Assembly (NCBI GenBank): GCA_963782915.1
Contig: CAWALK010000020.1
Span: 256,001 to 320,000 of the forward strand
Reading direction: 5' to 3'
From: an uncultured archaeon
Lineage (GTDB): Archaea > Thermoproteota > Bathyarchaeia > Bathyarchaeales > Bathycorpusculaceae
Length of the DNA: 64,000 bases
Part shown: in pieces, positions 17,582 to 29,562 of the stretch
Layout of the letters: every line of letters starts with the position of its first letter
Numbering within the stretch: the first letter of the stretch is position 1
Notes under the pieces: generated by a model
What the model was told of the DNA's origin: nothing
The model's input: the letters and a program-made list of their open reading frames with translations, nothing else
Databases searched by the model: none
Translations under genes and position numbers: made by a program

Positions 17582-18589
17582 TTACTTTGATAGTGCTATC
17601 CAGAGGTGGTCTGAGGTTGGTCGCTGCATTAGTTCCGCTGAGTCGTCGCCGTGTACTAAGAGGCGTTTGTTGGGGTTTGGCGTAAATTCGCCGATGACAT
17701 CAGCGTAGATGTGTTCTTTGGCGAGGTTGTCTATGATTTTAGGTGCTGCTTGCGGGTCCGCTGCGATGAGTAATGCGCCGGAGCTGATTAGTTGCAGGGG
17801 ATCAATTTCGTAGTAGCGGCATATTTTGGCGGTTTCTGGTTCAACTGTAATTTTTTCTTGGAGCACTCTTGCGCCCAAGTTTGCTGCGTCTGCCATTTCG
17901 TGGATGCCGTTTAGGATGCCGCCTTCGGTTGGGTCATGCATCGCATGCACTCCGCCTGTGCGGTAAGCTGTTAAGGCGTCTTTGACGACGCTGATTTGGT
18001 TGTAGAAATGTTTGGCGCCGTCGAGCATGGTTTGGTTGAAGACTTTTTTAAGTTGCTCCTCGCGGTCAGTCGCCAATATGGCTGTGCCTTCGATACCGGC
18101 GGTTTTGGTGAGTATGATTTTGTCGCCGGTTTTTGCTCCCGCGGCGGTTACGTATTTGCCTTTTTCTGTTAAGCCCATAATGCAGCCTACAACGATGGGG
18201 TTGGCTAATCCTGGTGTGACTTCACAGTGTCCCCCCACGATGGCTATGCCTAATTCTTTGGCGGCGTTATGCATTTGAGTGCTTATTTTTTCGATGATGC
18301 TGCTGTCTACGTTTTCAGGTAGCATTATGCAGCTGAAGAAGAATGCCGGTTCTACCCCAAAGGTGGCGACGTCGTTGGCGTTTATGTTGATGGCTTCCAT
18401 GCCTATGCGTTCGACTGCGCCAGTGATTGGGTCCATGGAGACAATGGCGTTTTTGCTGCCCATGTCAAGGATTGCCCCGTCAACTCCTGTTGCTGGCCCC
18501 AAAATGACTTCGCTTCTGTTTACCCCTAAATTTTTAAAAACGACATCCTTGAGAATGTCTACGGGAACTTTTCCTGGTTGAAGTTTCAT
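17582..18589 (-). CDS. AIR-synthase-related protein (HypE/PurM-like)
   Basis: GVDGA, DPITGA, NANDVA, IVGGHCEVT, AMHDPTEGG and ISSGALL. Confidence 0.88.
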   Translation of the reverse strand: MKLQPGKVPVDILKDVVFKNLGVNRSEVILGPATGVDGAILDMGSKNAIVSMDPITGAVERIGMEAININANDVATFGVEPAFFFSCIMLPENVDSSIIEKISTQMHNAAKELGIAIVGGHCEVTPGLANPIVVGCIMGLTEKGKYVTAAGAKTGDKIILTKTAGIEGTAILATDREEQLKKVFNQTMLDGAKHFYNQISVVKDALTAYRTGGVHAMHDPTEGGILNGIHEMADAANLGARVLQEKITVEPETAKICRYYEIDPLQLISSGALLIAADPQAAPKIIDNLAKEHIYADVIGEFTPNPNKRLLVHGDDSAELMQRPTSDHLWIALSK

Positions 18590-18603
18590 AGTGTATTCCT
18601 CTG

Positions 18604-19155
18604 TTAGAGGTAGCTTTTAAGTTGTGGGAAAACCCGCAGCACAGCATGCATGATTGGGACAGCTATTAGTAAGCCAACGAGCATCTGCACCACGTTAAAT
18701 GGAACTTCTAGTAATACTGCTGCGACTGGAAAACCAAGCACAGCTATTTCATATGTGAAGTAGCCAAAAATCATAATCAAGCCGCCCAATACGACTGATA
18801 TTGTGGCGCTTATGGTTATGCTCCGGGTTTTTTTCAGCAGTTTCCTGTTTAGATAACCCACTGTGAATCCTTCAAGTGCCTTGATGACTAAGGTGGCTGG
18901 GGCAAACACTGCGCCGCCAGGAACAAGCAAATCTGCTATAGCTGCTCCTGCTCCTGCGAATGCGCCTGCGAAGGGACCTAAAACTAGGGCGGCAACGTAG
19001 ATTATGGTTTCTCCCAAGTTGAAGTATCCTGTGGTTGCGGGGATAGGTATAACGAAGATGTAGGTGGCGACTGCTACGAGGGCTGCAAATACAGCTCCCG
19101 CTGCGATGGTGGCTGCTGTTCCGAAAGTTCCGTATCTTCTAGTCATAGACTTCAC
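18604..19155 (-). CDS. ECF transporter S component
   Basis: AALVAVAT..FVIPIPATTGYFNLGE, ADLL, APATLVIK.EG and PFNVVQ. Confidence 0.88.
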   Translation of the reverse strand: MKSMTRRYGTFGTAATIAAGAVFAALVAVATYIFVIPIPATTGYFNLGETIIYVAALVLGPFAGAFAGAGAAIADLLVPGGAVFAPATLVIKALEGFTVGYLNRKLLKKTRSITISATISVVLGGLIMIFGYFTYEIAVLGFPVAAVLLEVPFNVVQMLVGLLIAVPIMHAVLRVFPQLKSYL

Positions 19156-19346
19156 AGCGTTATAGTTTTAAGTTAACTTATTTTTACTTGCTCCCTATTA
19201 AGCATCATGACTATATTATTCCTACTTGGAATTCTTTCGTTGGTTGTAACTACCATTCTGTAATCACATAGACTTAAGAATTCTTTTCCTTCTAAAATTT
19301 TTGAGTTAATCTAAATTTAGCCTATTAACATTTTTGAGATGTTTTT

Positions 19347-21484
19347 ATGACTGAAAAAATTAAGGATAAATCAAAGTTTGAACCGCCCAAAGTGGAGAAA
19401 ACCCTTGAACTCTACAGGGTTGACTCAAAGAATCAGCAATTAACCAGCAACACAGGCGTAAAAATAAACGACACCGACAACTCCCTGCGTGTTGGCCCAC
19501 GCGGCCCAACCCTAATGGAAGACTTTCACTTCAGAGAAAAAATTATGCATTTCGACCATGAACGTATTCCTGAACGAGTTGTGCATGCCCGCGGTTCAGG
19601 TGCGCATGGATATTTTCAAGTTTACCAGTCCATGAGCAAATATACCAAAGCCAAGTTTCTCCAAGACCCAGCCAAGAAAACCCCCGTTTTCGTCCGTTTT
19701 TCTACGGTTGCGGGTTCACGGGGTTCCGCTGACACCGTTCGAGACGTACGAGGATTTGCAACTCGCTTCTACACTGAAGACGGAAACTATGACCTAGTCG
19801 GCAACAACATCCCCGTATTCTTCATACAGGACGCCATCAAATTCCCCGATGTCATACATGCGGCTAAGCCTGAACAGGACAACGAGATTCCTCAAGCTGG
19901 TACGGCACATGATACTTTTTGGGATTTCGTCGTTAACAACACTGAGACGGCGCATATGGTGATGTGGACAATGTCTGATAGGGCATTGCCTAGGAGCTTC
20001 CGTATGATGGATGGGTTTGGCGTTAATACTTACAAGTTTGTTAATGCTGAGGGCAGGGCGTTTTTTGTTAAGTTCCATTGGCGTTCGATGTTGGGTGCGC
20101 ATTCTATGACGTGGGATGAAACGCAGAAGGTTGCAGGCAAAGATGCAGATTTTAATCGCCGAGACCTCTGGGACGCTATAGAGATGGGTGATTACCCCGA
20201 ATACGAGTTTTCGGTGCAGGTAATCGATGAAGCAGATGAGGGTAAGTTTGAATTTGATATTTTAGATGCGACGAAGTTGTGGCCTGAAGAGTTGGTTCCC
20301 CGAATACCCGTCGGTAAAATGGTTCTTAACCGTAATCCTGACAACTTTTTTGCTGAAACCGAGCAGGTAGCGTTCTGTCCAGCAAACGTAGTGCCAGGTA
20401 TCGATGTTAGCGATGACCCACTATTGCAGGGTCGGTTGTTCTCGTACTTTGATACGCAACTTACACGGTTGGGTGGACCGAACTTTAACGAAATTCCCAT
20501 CAACAAGCCGCTTGTACCCGTCGTCAATAACGAGCGCGACGGTTTCCATCGCATGACTATAGATAAAGGTAAGACCGCTTACACTCCCAACATCATTAAA
20601 CGATGGTTATCCCGAAGCCTGGGCTTGATCCCAAAGAAGGCTATGTACATTACCCACAAAAAGTAGCCGGACAGAAAATTCGGGTGCGAAGCGAAACTTT
20701 CAAAGAACATTTTGGGCAAGCAACACTGTTCTGGAATAGCATGTCCGAAGCCGAAAAAATGCATATTATCCATGCGTTCCATTTTGAAGTTGGAAAAGTA
20801 ACTGACAAGGCAACCCGCCAAAAAGTCGTGGACATGTTCAACAACGTGGATAACGAGTTAGCTAAGGAGATTGCGTTGGGCGTGGGTGCAAATCCGCCGG
20901 CGCCTGTTGAGCGTCACATGCCTAAAGTCTCCATGTCCAAAGCATTAAGCTTAGAAAACACCTTCAAAAACAGCATTGCAACCCGCAAAGTAGCCGCAAT
21001 CGTCATGGAAGGTTTTAACGATGACGAATTAGCCTCAGTCAAAGCAGCTCTAACTGCCCAAGGTGCCCACGTAGACATTATTTCGCAATACCTAACCCCC
21101 ATAGACAGCGCAAACGGAAAACAAATCGTGCCCGACAAAAACTATGTCAGCGTCAGCTCAGTGCTCTACGACGCCGTCTACATTCCAGGCGGAGAAGAAA
21201 GTGTTGAAAACATGATTGATCAGGGCTACGTGGTTAACTTTATTACTGAAGCTTACAAGCACTGCAAACCCATTGGCGCGACTGGGGAGGGCGTGAATTT
21301 GCTTGCGGAGTTGGGTTTGGTGGATTCTGAGGCTGCGGGAACCAAGACTGGGCAGGTGATTTCTGAGTTGGGTGTGGTTGCTTTGATGGCTAAACCAAAT
21401 GATGCTTTTAACAAAGCATTCGTTGAGGCAATCAAAGCTCATCGGCATTGGGCGAGGGAGAAAGACGAAAGCGTCCCCGCCTGA
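19347..21484 (+). CDS. katE: Large-subunit monofunctional catalase HPII with C-terminal DJ-1/PfpI-like domain (frameshift near 20590)
   Basis: [22 protein letters not shown] and [11 protein letters not shown]; second frame [13 protein letters not shown]...YDAVYIPGG...HRHWARE. Confidence 0.95.
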
Positions 21485-21597
21485 GGCTGCGGCAATTGAC
21501 CAAAAAACCGCTTTACCCTTCGTAATCCGCCTACCTTATCCAATCAAACCCCAACAAGCGCATAAGCTATGAGCTGGAAGCCTAACAGATGTGGTGA

Positions 21598-21696
21598 CTA
21601 TAAATAAGGGAGGGGGTCCCTCTGCAGAGCAACAAACGCTCGGCTTTCTTTACTTTTGTGTCTATAAATAGAGGGGGGATAGCTTGCACAACACAC
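21598..21696 (+). repeat. Dispersed G-rich repeat pair, locus C
   Basis: CTATAAATAAGGGAGGGGGTCCCTCTGCAGAGCAACAAAC (21598-21637) and CTATAAATAGAGGGGGGATAGCTTGCACAACACAC (21662-21696), between convergent genes. Confidence 0.88.
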
Positions 21697-21702
21697 GTAA
21701 AG

Positions 21703-22191
21703 CTATTTTTTGTTAGGCACCCAACGCGCCTTATCCCATTGCGTCTTCCCAACTTTTTTAACAGGCTTTTCTCCCTGATAGCCGCATGCATAGCATCGTC
21801 CATCATGCACTGAAACTACGTCGCCGCAGGTTGGGCAACGGTATTTTTCAGCTTGGCTTTTGAGGAATTCATCCATGCCTTTGTCACGTATCATCTTCTG
21901 GTTTTCAATCATACTCATGCCGTAACGTGCCTGATAATGAGCATCCAATTTGGTTAAACGCTCACAAGGCATACTCGAGCATTCGTAGCAGAAGCTGAGT
22001 TGTTTACCCACCTTTTTTGGGCAATCCCGTTTAACAAATGCGCAGTTTTTGTTTCTGACGCGGCAACCTGAGCAATGGGATACTTCGCCTTTCTTTTGGG
22101 GTACTCCGCGTGAATAGGCGAGGTAGCTTTTGCAGATGCCGCAGTTCATTCCGCAGGGTGCGATGAGTTCGGGGGTAAATTTGGATTCCAT
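21703..22191 (-). CDS. DUF3795-type Cys-rich protein with C-terminal zinc ribbon
   Basis: IAPCGMNCGIC, CSGCR, FCYECSSMPC and CPTCG...CYACG. Confidence 0.85.
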   Translation of the reverse strand: MESKFTPELIAPCGMNCGICKSYLAYSRGVPQKKGEVSHCSGCRVRNKNCAFVKRDCPKKVGKQLSFCYECSSMPCERLTKLDAHYQARYGMSMIENQKMIRDKGMDEFLKSQAEKYRCPTCGDVVSVHDGRCYACGYQGEKPVKKVGKTQWDKARWVPNKK

Positions 22192-22291
22192 AACTGTGAT
22201 AGAGTGGGGATTGTGCTTATGTTTTTTGTTAACAGCTAATTAGCAAAAAATTAAATGCGAAAACAGCTCTATTTCCTAGTGGGGATTAAAT

Positions 22292-22771
22292 TTGGAAAAA
22301 CCACAGTTAACAAACCTAAACCCCATGCCAGCTGCTCATGTCTTTTCCTTAAGCCAGTCTCCAGAAGAGGAAGCTCTAACAAAAATTTTAGAATACGCCA
22401 AAAGCATCCGCTTATCGCCTGCTAAGTCTCATTTGTTTGGCAGAAACATTTACCCTACCGACCAGCCCGAACCCCACGGCTATGAATACTACCTAACGGG
22501 TGAAGACAAAATCAAACTAAATGGTGAAATTGGGTTCGGAGCGGTAAAAGGTGGATTATACGCGATTTTAGAGATAAAAAACCTCTTTAACATAGCTGAG
22601 GGCTGGAAAACCTTGTTTAGTTGGGTTGAAGCAAACGGGCATGTACCCTTCGGTGTAGTGAAGGGTCCGCATGGCTGGGTTAACAGTGCGTACGAGGAAC
22701 TGCTTGATTGGCAGCAGCCGAAGCCGCCTACAGAATGGCTTTTTCGCCTTTGGGTGCAACTCAGAGAGTAG
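22292..22771 (+). CDS. GyrI-like small-molecule-binding protein
   Basis: SPEEEA, LFGRN, HGYEYY, GGLYA, W..LFSWVE and YEE pattern. Confidence 0.75.
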   Translation: MEKPQLTNLNPMPAAHVFSLSQSPEEEALTKILEYAKSIRLSPAKSHLFGRNIYPTDQPEPHGYEYYLTGEDKIKLNGEIGFGAVKGGLYAILEIKNLFNIAEGWKTLFSWVEANGHVPFGVVKGPHGWVNSAYEELLDWQQPKPPTEWLFRLWVQLRE

Positions 22772-22825
22772 GTAAGCCGCAAAGTTATTACTTAACGCTG
22801 TTTCCATTTCTTTTGGATCAGCAAA

Positions 22826-23065
22826 ATGCCTAAACCCAAACAAAAGCCTAAATGGAAACCTAAAGCTGAAGTCCCCGAAGAACCCGTAGATAAAACAACG
22901 CTGAATTTTCTGTCGCTTTTGGGCATTTTGGGTTTAATATTGATAATTGCAGGTATAGCCTCGATATTTCTGGTTTCCGTCCTCATCGGTGTTGGATTGA
23001 TTGTTGTAGGTATAGCTGTTTATGTGTTGTTTTTCATTATGGAAAAACGGTTTAAAGTTATCTAA
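22826..23065 (+). CDS. Small 2-TM membrane protein
   Basis: Lys/Pro-rich N-terminus and two hydrophobic helices. Confidence 0.6.
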   Translation: MPKPKQKPKWKPKAEVPEEPVDKTTLNFLSLLGILGLILIIAGIASIFLVSVLIGVGLIVVGIAVYVLFFIMEKRFKVI

Positions 23066-23164
23066 CCCCAATTCCACCCGTTTCTTTAAAGATATCTTGG
23101 CTGTTTCCCTACAAAATTCTTAATTACCGCGCCCGCTAAATGGAGTGGCGAGGAATTACTAAAA

Positions 23165-24221
23165 ATGGTAAAACTGGACTTCGGTGGCGTAACAGAAGAC
23201 GTCATCACTCGCAAAGAGTTTACAGTGGCAATGGCCCAAAAAATCCTAAAAGATGAAGTTGTCGTTACCATCGGCTACGGAATTCAAGGCCGATCTCAAG
23301 CATTAAACATGCGTGATCAAGGTATCAAAGTAATTGTAGGTCAAAGAGAAAAATCCAAAACCTGGGATCTAGCAGTTAAAGACGGATTTGTCCCCGGCGA
23401 AACCTTGCTCCCTATTGAGGAAGCAGCCAAAAAAGGCACCATCAAAATGGTCCTACTCACCGATGCAGCACAAAAAGAAGAATGGCCAAAAATCAAAGCT
23501 GGCTTCAAAAAAGGAGACGCCCTCTACTTCAGCCACGGCTTTAGCATAGTCTTCAAAGACCAAACCGGCGTCATCCCACCCAAAGACATCGACGTCATAT
23601 TGGTCGCGCCAAAAGGCAGCGGCACCAGTGTACGCAGGAACTTTGTTGACGGCAGCGGCATCAACAGCAGCTTCGCCATCTTCCAAGACGCAACCGGCAA
23701 AGCCTTAGAACGCGCCAAAGCCATGGGCATCGCCATCGGATCCGGATACCTCTTCCCAACCACATTCGAAAAAGAAACCGTCAGCGACTTAACCGGCGAA
23801 CGCGGAACCCTAATGGGTGCCTTAGCTGGCATCATCGAAGCCCAATACCACACCCTACGCAGCCATGGTCACAGCCCAAGTGAAGCATTCAACGAAACAG
23901 TAGAAGAACTCACACAAAGCCTCATCCGCCTCGTCGACGAAAACGGCATGGACTGGATGTACAACAACTGCAGCGAAACCGCACGCATCGGCGCATTACG
24001 CTGGAAAGAACGCTTCCGCGAAGCAACCCAACCAGTCTTCGATTCAGCTCTATGACCTCGTCGCAGCAGGCGAAGAAACCCGCATCGTGCTCGAAAAGAG
24101 CAAAGGCGCAGACTACAAGCAGAAGATTGCTGACGAGCTCAAAGAGATGGGCAGCAGCGAATTGTGGCGTGCAGGCGCAACAGTGCGTTCACTTCGCCCA
24201 AGCAAACAAAAGAAAGAGTAA
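23165..24221 (+). CDS. ilvC: Ketol-acid reductoisomerase (frameshift near 24045)
   Basis: IGYGIQG..QALNMRD, FSHGF, VAPKGSG, SDLTGERG and CSETARIG; the shifted frame continues LYDLVAAGEETR...ELWRAGATVRSLRP to a TAA at 24219-24221. Confidence 0.95.
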
Positions 24222-24342
24222 TCCTCTTTTCTTCATTTTTCGTTTAGTTTTTTGTTGTTTTTACCTTTTAGTTCTGTGTTGTTTGGTTAGCTAATCTTTT
24301 ATACCCCAAAGCACCGCTTGCCTCTACATTCGAGGCACCAGT

Positions 24343-25697
24343 TTGGATTACGTTGCCATAGCTGCATTGGCAGTGTTTGTTTCCACGCTTTTCTTAATGA
24401 TTAAGCGTCCATGGGGCATCAAGCTGGGTTACGCGGCGGCTATTGGCGCTGTGGCTTCGCTTCTTTTAGGCACGGTCACTTTGGGACAAGCAGCCGATTC
24501 ATTCCTCAACATTTGGGATGCCGCATTAGCTTTCATTGGCATCGTAGCGTTTTCGGTGATTTTAGATGCTATGGGCTTCTTCAAATGGGCCGCTCTTAAG
24601 GTTGTGAGGTTTTCGAAAGGCAGCGGTTTACGGCTGTACTTCTATGTGTCGCTGCTTACGGCGGCTGTTAGCATCCTTTTCGCCAATGATAGCGCAGTTC
24701 TCATTCTAACCCCCATAGTACTCGAAATAATCGTAGCACTCAAGATTGATGGCAAAGGCAAAATGGCCTATCTCTTCTCCGCAGGCTTAATCGCCGATAC
24801 CGCCGCCATGCCACTCATCACCAGCAACCCTATCAACATCTTAAGCGCAGACTACTTCGGCTACACCTTCATCGACCACCTCATCATCATGGCGCCCATC
24901 GCAGTCGTCACCATCACAACCAGCATGCTGCTCGTCTATGTTTTCTTCCGCAAAAAAATCCCCAAAACCTACGACGCAACCGCAGTGGACACCCTTGCAT
25001 TGTCGGCGCCTATCGAACCCAGAATACTAAAAGTGTGTCTTGTCACCCTCGTCGCCATTGACGTAGGATATGTTGCGGCGTCGTTTGCTAGAATTCCAGT
25101 TTCTCTTGTGATTTGTTCAGGCGCAGTTTTCCTCTTAGCAGTTTACTTGACAAGTTCAAACAGCATGATTGTACGCGGTGAGCGTAAAGGCTTCAAAGGC
25201 TTAGCGCGCGACATCAACTGGGATATAGTGCTGTTTATGCTATGCATCTTCCTGGTTGTGCAGGGTTTAACTAACGTTGGAATCACCCAGTTGCTATCCT
25301 CTGCGTTGGTCTCAGCAAGCACCTTGCCCTCAGTGTTTGGAGTTATTGCACCCAGCGTAGTCGTCACCATCGGTGCATCTTTCATGAATAACTGGCCCAT
25401 GACAATCCTGGGATTAATGTCTATACAGAACATCGCTTCAACAGTAGCCTTAAGCGGTCAAGCTTTCACTTCACTGGTTTTCTCAAACATCATCGGCAAC
25501 AATTTAGGCCCACACTTCTTCCCACTTGGGCTCATTGGCGATTTTGATGTGGCTCGAAACCATGAAGCGCAAAGGCGTAAACATCAGCCTAAGGCAGCTA
25601 CCTGAAAGTCGGCGCGGTCCTTTCAATCGTTGAGGTGGTGGTGGCGTCGGTGGTTCTGTGGATAGAGATTGCCCTCTTGGGGTTCAAGCTTTTTTAG
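24343..25697 (+). CDS. ArsB/NhaD-family membrane transporter (frameshift near 25530)
   Basis: FANDSAVLILTP, ADTAAMPLITSNPIN, NNWP and GNNLGP..PLGSL; about 12 TMs. Confidence 0.88.
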
Positions 25698-25730
25698 GTA
25701 CAACTCCAAGTGATATCTTAAGTGGGTAGC

Positions 25731-26964
25731 ATGTTGATTAGTAAAGGTAACTTTGGGCGTGAATCACTCAAAGGCGAAGTCGTCGTTGTAACGGGCGCTG
25801 GAAGAGGCATCGGTTTTGAAGCCGCTCGGGCACTGGTTTGGCTTGGCGCAAACGTGGTTATTGCTGAAGTTGACGAGAAGAACGGTAAAGCCGCACAAGA
25901 AGCCATAAACAAAGAATTCGGCGAGGACAAAGCAGTTTTTGTTAAAACAGACATCGGTAAACCCGAAGACATCGACCACTTAGCAGAGGTGGCACAGAGA
26001 AAAATTTGGCAAAATCGACGCTGTCCTAAACAACGCCACAGTATTCCCAATGGGCGCCATCAAAGATGCCCCAATCGAGAGCTGGGATTTTAGTTACCGC
26101 GTCAACCTCCGAGGACCAGTACTGCTAGCTAAAAAGTTCTTGCCAAAGATGCTTGAACGCAAACATGGCATATTTGTCTGCGTTTCCTCTTCAGGTGCAG
26201 CGCCCTTTATGGGTCCATACGAAGTTTTCAAGACAGCCCAAGTGGAACTAGCCAACACCCTCTCCGCAGAAGTGGAAGGTACAGGCGTTTACGCTTTTAC
26301 GATTGGGCCAGGAATCTCCAAAACTCCAGGTTTCATCGAGGGCGGAGCAAAAGTGGCTTCGCTAATGGGGATGAGTCTTGACGAATTGTTTGAGTTAAAC
26401 AAGAATGCCCAGATTTCCCCTGAAGCGGCGGGCGCAGGTTTCGCATTAGCGATTGCACAAGCTAAGAAGTATCATGGGCAGGAGACGAGTTCGATTCAGG
26501 TGCTGCGTGAAGCAAACATACCTTTGAGTGAACAGGAAACGGTGGAAGAGCAAAAGCCGACAGTACAAGCAGCGGCAACCCAAACAGTCGCTAAACCAGA
26601 GGCTGGGCGAAGCAAAAATGAACTCTACCAATCAGTACAAAAAACCTTTATGGATCAATCTGAAGGCTGGAAAAAACGCAACCTATTCGAGCGCCAATGG
26701 GTTAGCCGAGACTTCAAAAAAACTACTGGCTTCTCGATTGATGAAATGCAGGCTAAACTCAAAGCTTTAGGCGATAGCTTAAAGGCTGGAACCTCAACGG
26801 CAGAATCTATCGATACGGTCAACAAAATTGTAGCTTACTACATGCATCAGCAGGAGCAACTCAGGGGCTTCGAGAAGAACCCAGCGAAGCTAGCGGAGAA
26901 CCTCAAGATTATGGATGGCTGGATTGCCGATGCACAAGCACTGATTAAAACGCTATCTCAATGA
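25731..26964 (+). CDS. SDR oxidoreductase with extra C-terminal helical domain (frameshift near 26000)
   Basis: TGAGRGIG, NNA, VNLRG, SS and YEVFK (YxxxK); about 120 extra C-terminal residues. Confidence 0.88.
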
Positions 26965-27698
26965 CTGCAAGTTTCGCAGTTGGGGTTCTTTGGCAGCGGC
27001 ACAGTTGTGAAACTCATGTCAGTGAAGTCGCAGACCAACATTTTGCCAACCAAATTTGAGCCGACTCCTGCGATGAGTTTGATGGCTTCCATGGCTTCAA
27101 GACTGCCCATTATACCCGCGGAGGCGCCGATAATGCCAAAAACCTTCTTTTCGGAGCTAACAGTGCGATTGTGCATTGTGCATTCTAAGCAGCCCGTTTC
27201 TGGCGGATTAAACACGGCGAGGTTACCTTCCAGTCCCATAACTGCCGCAAAAACGTAGGGTACACCGAGTTTTATGCATGCTCTGTTGACTAAGTAGCGG
27301 GTTGGAATATTGTCTAAGCAGTCCACTACTACATCCACGCCGTCTAGGAGTGATTCAACATTTAACGCATCCACCTTCTCAACCACGGCATTGACTTTAA
27401 TCAGTGGATTCTTCTTTGCCAGCAAATTGGCGGCGACTTCAGCTTTGGGCTGATGTAACTCGTCGGGGCTATAGAGGATTTGCCGATGCAAATTGTGGGT
27501 TTCAACTGTGTCAGGGTCGATTAAGCGCAAGTAGCCCACACCCGCCAACGCAAGATAAAGCGAACAAACCGAACCTAAACCCCCCACGCCTACAACGGCA
27601 ACACGGGCATCTGCAAGCTTCTGCTGCCCAGCAGCACCCAACTCATCAATCAGTAACTGCCGACTATAGAATAACTCTGCAAATTCCTTTTTATCCAT
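26958..27698 (-). CDS. ThiF/MoeB/E1-like adenylyltransferase (UbaA-like)
   Basis: YSRQ, GVGGLG, D.D.VETHNLHRQ, DCLDN, CLEC and NPNCETC. Confidence 0.92.
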   Translation of the reverse strand: MDKKEFAELFYSRQLLIDELGAAGQQKLADARVAVVGVGGLGSVCSLYLALAGVGYLRLIDPDTVETHNLHRQILYSPDELHQPKAEVAANLLAKKNPLIKVNAVVEKVDALNVESLLDGVDVVVDCLDNIPTRYLVNRACIKLGVPYVFAAVMGLEGNLAVFNPPETGCLECTMHNRTVSSEKKVFGIIGASAGIMGSLEAMEAIKLIAGVGSNLVGKMLVCDFTDMSFTTVPLPKNPNCETCSH

Positions 27699-27700
27699 CG

Positions 27701-29403
27701 CTAACCTGTCTCTTGGGCGTTGTATTTGCCTTTATTGCGGAACTGCCTATCAAATATTTGCCTAACCTGCCCAATAGTGCTGGCTTCCTCGGGCGATTTG
27801 TCGTCTCTTATTCGGGTGATTCTGGCGAATCGGAGTGCCATTTGGCTTGGGTATTTGGGGCTTTGCTGGATTTCGTTGTAAGCGACTTCGACAACGATTT
27901 TGGGGATAACCTTGACGCGGTGGCCTTCCTCGCTGATGGTGGATTCTTTTAGCCGCCTGTTAAATCGATGATTTCCGCGTCAGTTAAGCCCTTGAAGGTT
28001 TTACCAATATCCAAAAACTCGCCCGACTCGGGGTCCCTTGCGCCCAAATAATAATCAGACAACCAACCCTTCCGCCTGCCATAACCATACTCAGCAGCGG
28101 TAATGACCAAATCGAGGGGTTCAAGGACTGTTTTAATTTTTAGCCAGCGTTTGCCTCTGCGCCCAGGAGTGTATGGGCTGTCGAGTTTTTTAGCCATTAA
28201 GCCTTCGTGCCCTGCGGCTATGGCTTCTTTTAGGTAGCTTTCAGCTTGAATTGGCTGGTCGGTGACGATTTGGTTGGTTAAGGCGATTTTTCCTGCGGTT
28301 TGAGCTAAAATTTGTCGGCGTTCAATGTAGGGTTTTGAGATTTGGCTTTCGCCGTTAAGGAACAGGATATCAAAGAGGTAGAGTGTCAGCGGAATTTTTT
28401 CTTGCATGCCAGCGATTTCTCGGGTGCGTTTGAATCGGCGCATCAAATGCTGAAACGCGATTGGGTAACCAGCCGCGTCAAGAGCGATAACTTCTCCTTC
28501 GACGATGGCGTTGTCTGCTTGAAGGTTACGTTTTATGGTTTCGACGATGTCAGGGAGGCTTTCGGTGACATCGGTTAATCTTCGGCTGAAAACCCGCACA
28601 ACTCCGCCTTGTTTATGGATTTGCACCCTTGCCCCATCATACTTATACTCAAAGGCACTGTTGCCGTCTTGCTCTGCGAGGGCTTCCTGCACGGATTCTG
28701 CCGTTTGGGCGAGCATCAGTTTGACTGGGCGAAAAAGGCTAAAGCTCGTCTTCTCCAAACCCTCAATGCCCTCAGTTTTTAGCTTCTTCGCAACTTCTCC
28801 GATGTCGCCTAAAACCATGGCGGCATGCTGAACCCCCTGCAACGGTACATCAAACGCTCGAGCAACAGCTTGCTCCATCAACCCTTCATGCAGCCCAGTG
28901 CGCATTTCGCCTGTAAAGATTTTGACAAGGTATTTGGCTTCGACTGGGGTCGCTTGGCTGAGTAGCGCGGTGATTTGGAGTTCTTTTTTGGTTCTGGAGC
29001 CTGCACCCTGCGTTTGGCTGATTACTTCAAATGCACGCCTAACCTCTGTGACTGTGAGTGGAGTCTGGGTTAGTTGCATCTGTTTTTTAGATTTAGATTG
29101 CTCCAGAACCGCTTTGGTGGCTGAACCGATGTCGCCTGTTTTAGCCATAGCTTCGCGGAATAAGCTCCAATCGAAAACACTTACCCGCTCGAGAATACGC
29201 TGTAGGGTTGCCCAGCTTACGTCGAGCGTTTTTTGGCTGTATTTGGGGAAGGCTCTGCCAACCATCATGTTGACGGCTGGTTCGATTTCGTCTGCGCCCA
29301 GCGTTTTGAGGTAATTTGCGGTTTGATCTATGATTTCGAGGCGTTTCTTGGTGGCTTCAACGGTTTCGAGAAGTTCACTGAGGGATTTGAATGAGGCAGG
29401 CAT
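27701..29403 (-). CDS. lig: ATP-dependent DNA ligase (frameshift near 27955)
   Basis: EYKYDGAR (motif I), EGE, YLFDIL, EGLMAK, WLKIK and DLVI; the OB-fold continues in another frame (...MALRFARITRIRDDK...) to a TAG at 27701. Confidence 0.95.
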
Positions 29404-29562
29404 AATTAACCCAAAAATCCGCATTAAACTAAGAGTGTTTGGGGCTATAATTGGTTGCCCCCGCTTCTTCACTTTCACTGACCCCTCCCCTAGTACGCTA
29501 TGTTGGATTGTCGATGCTTTAAATAGGCAAAAAAGGCGTAACATGGTTTTTGTGAAGTAACG

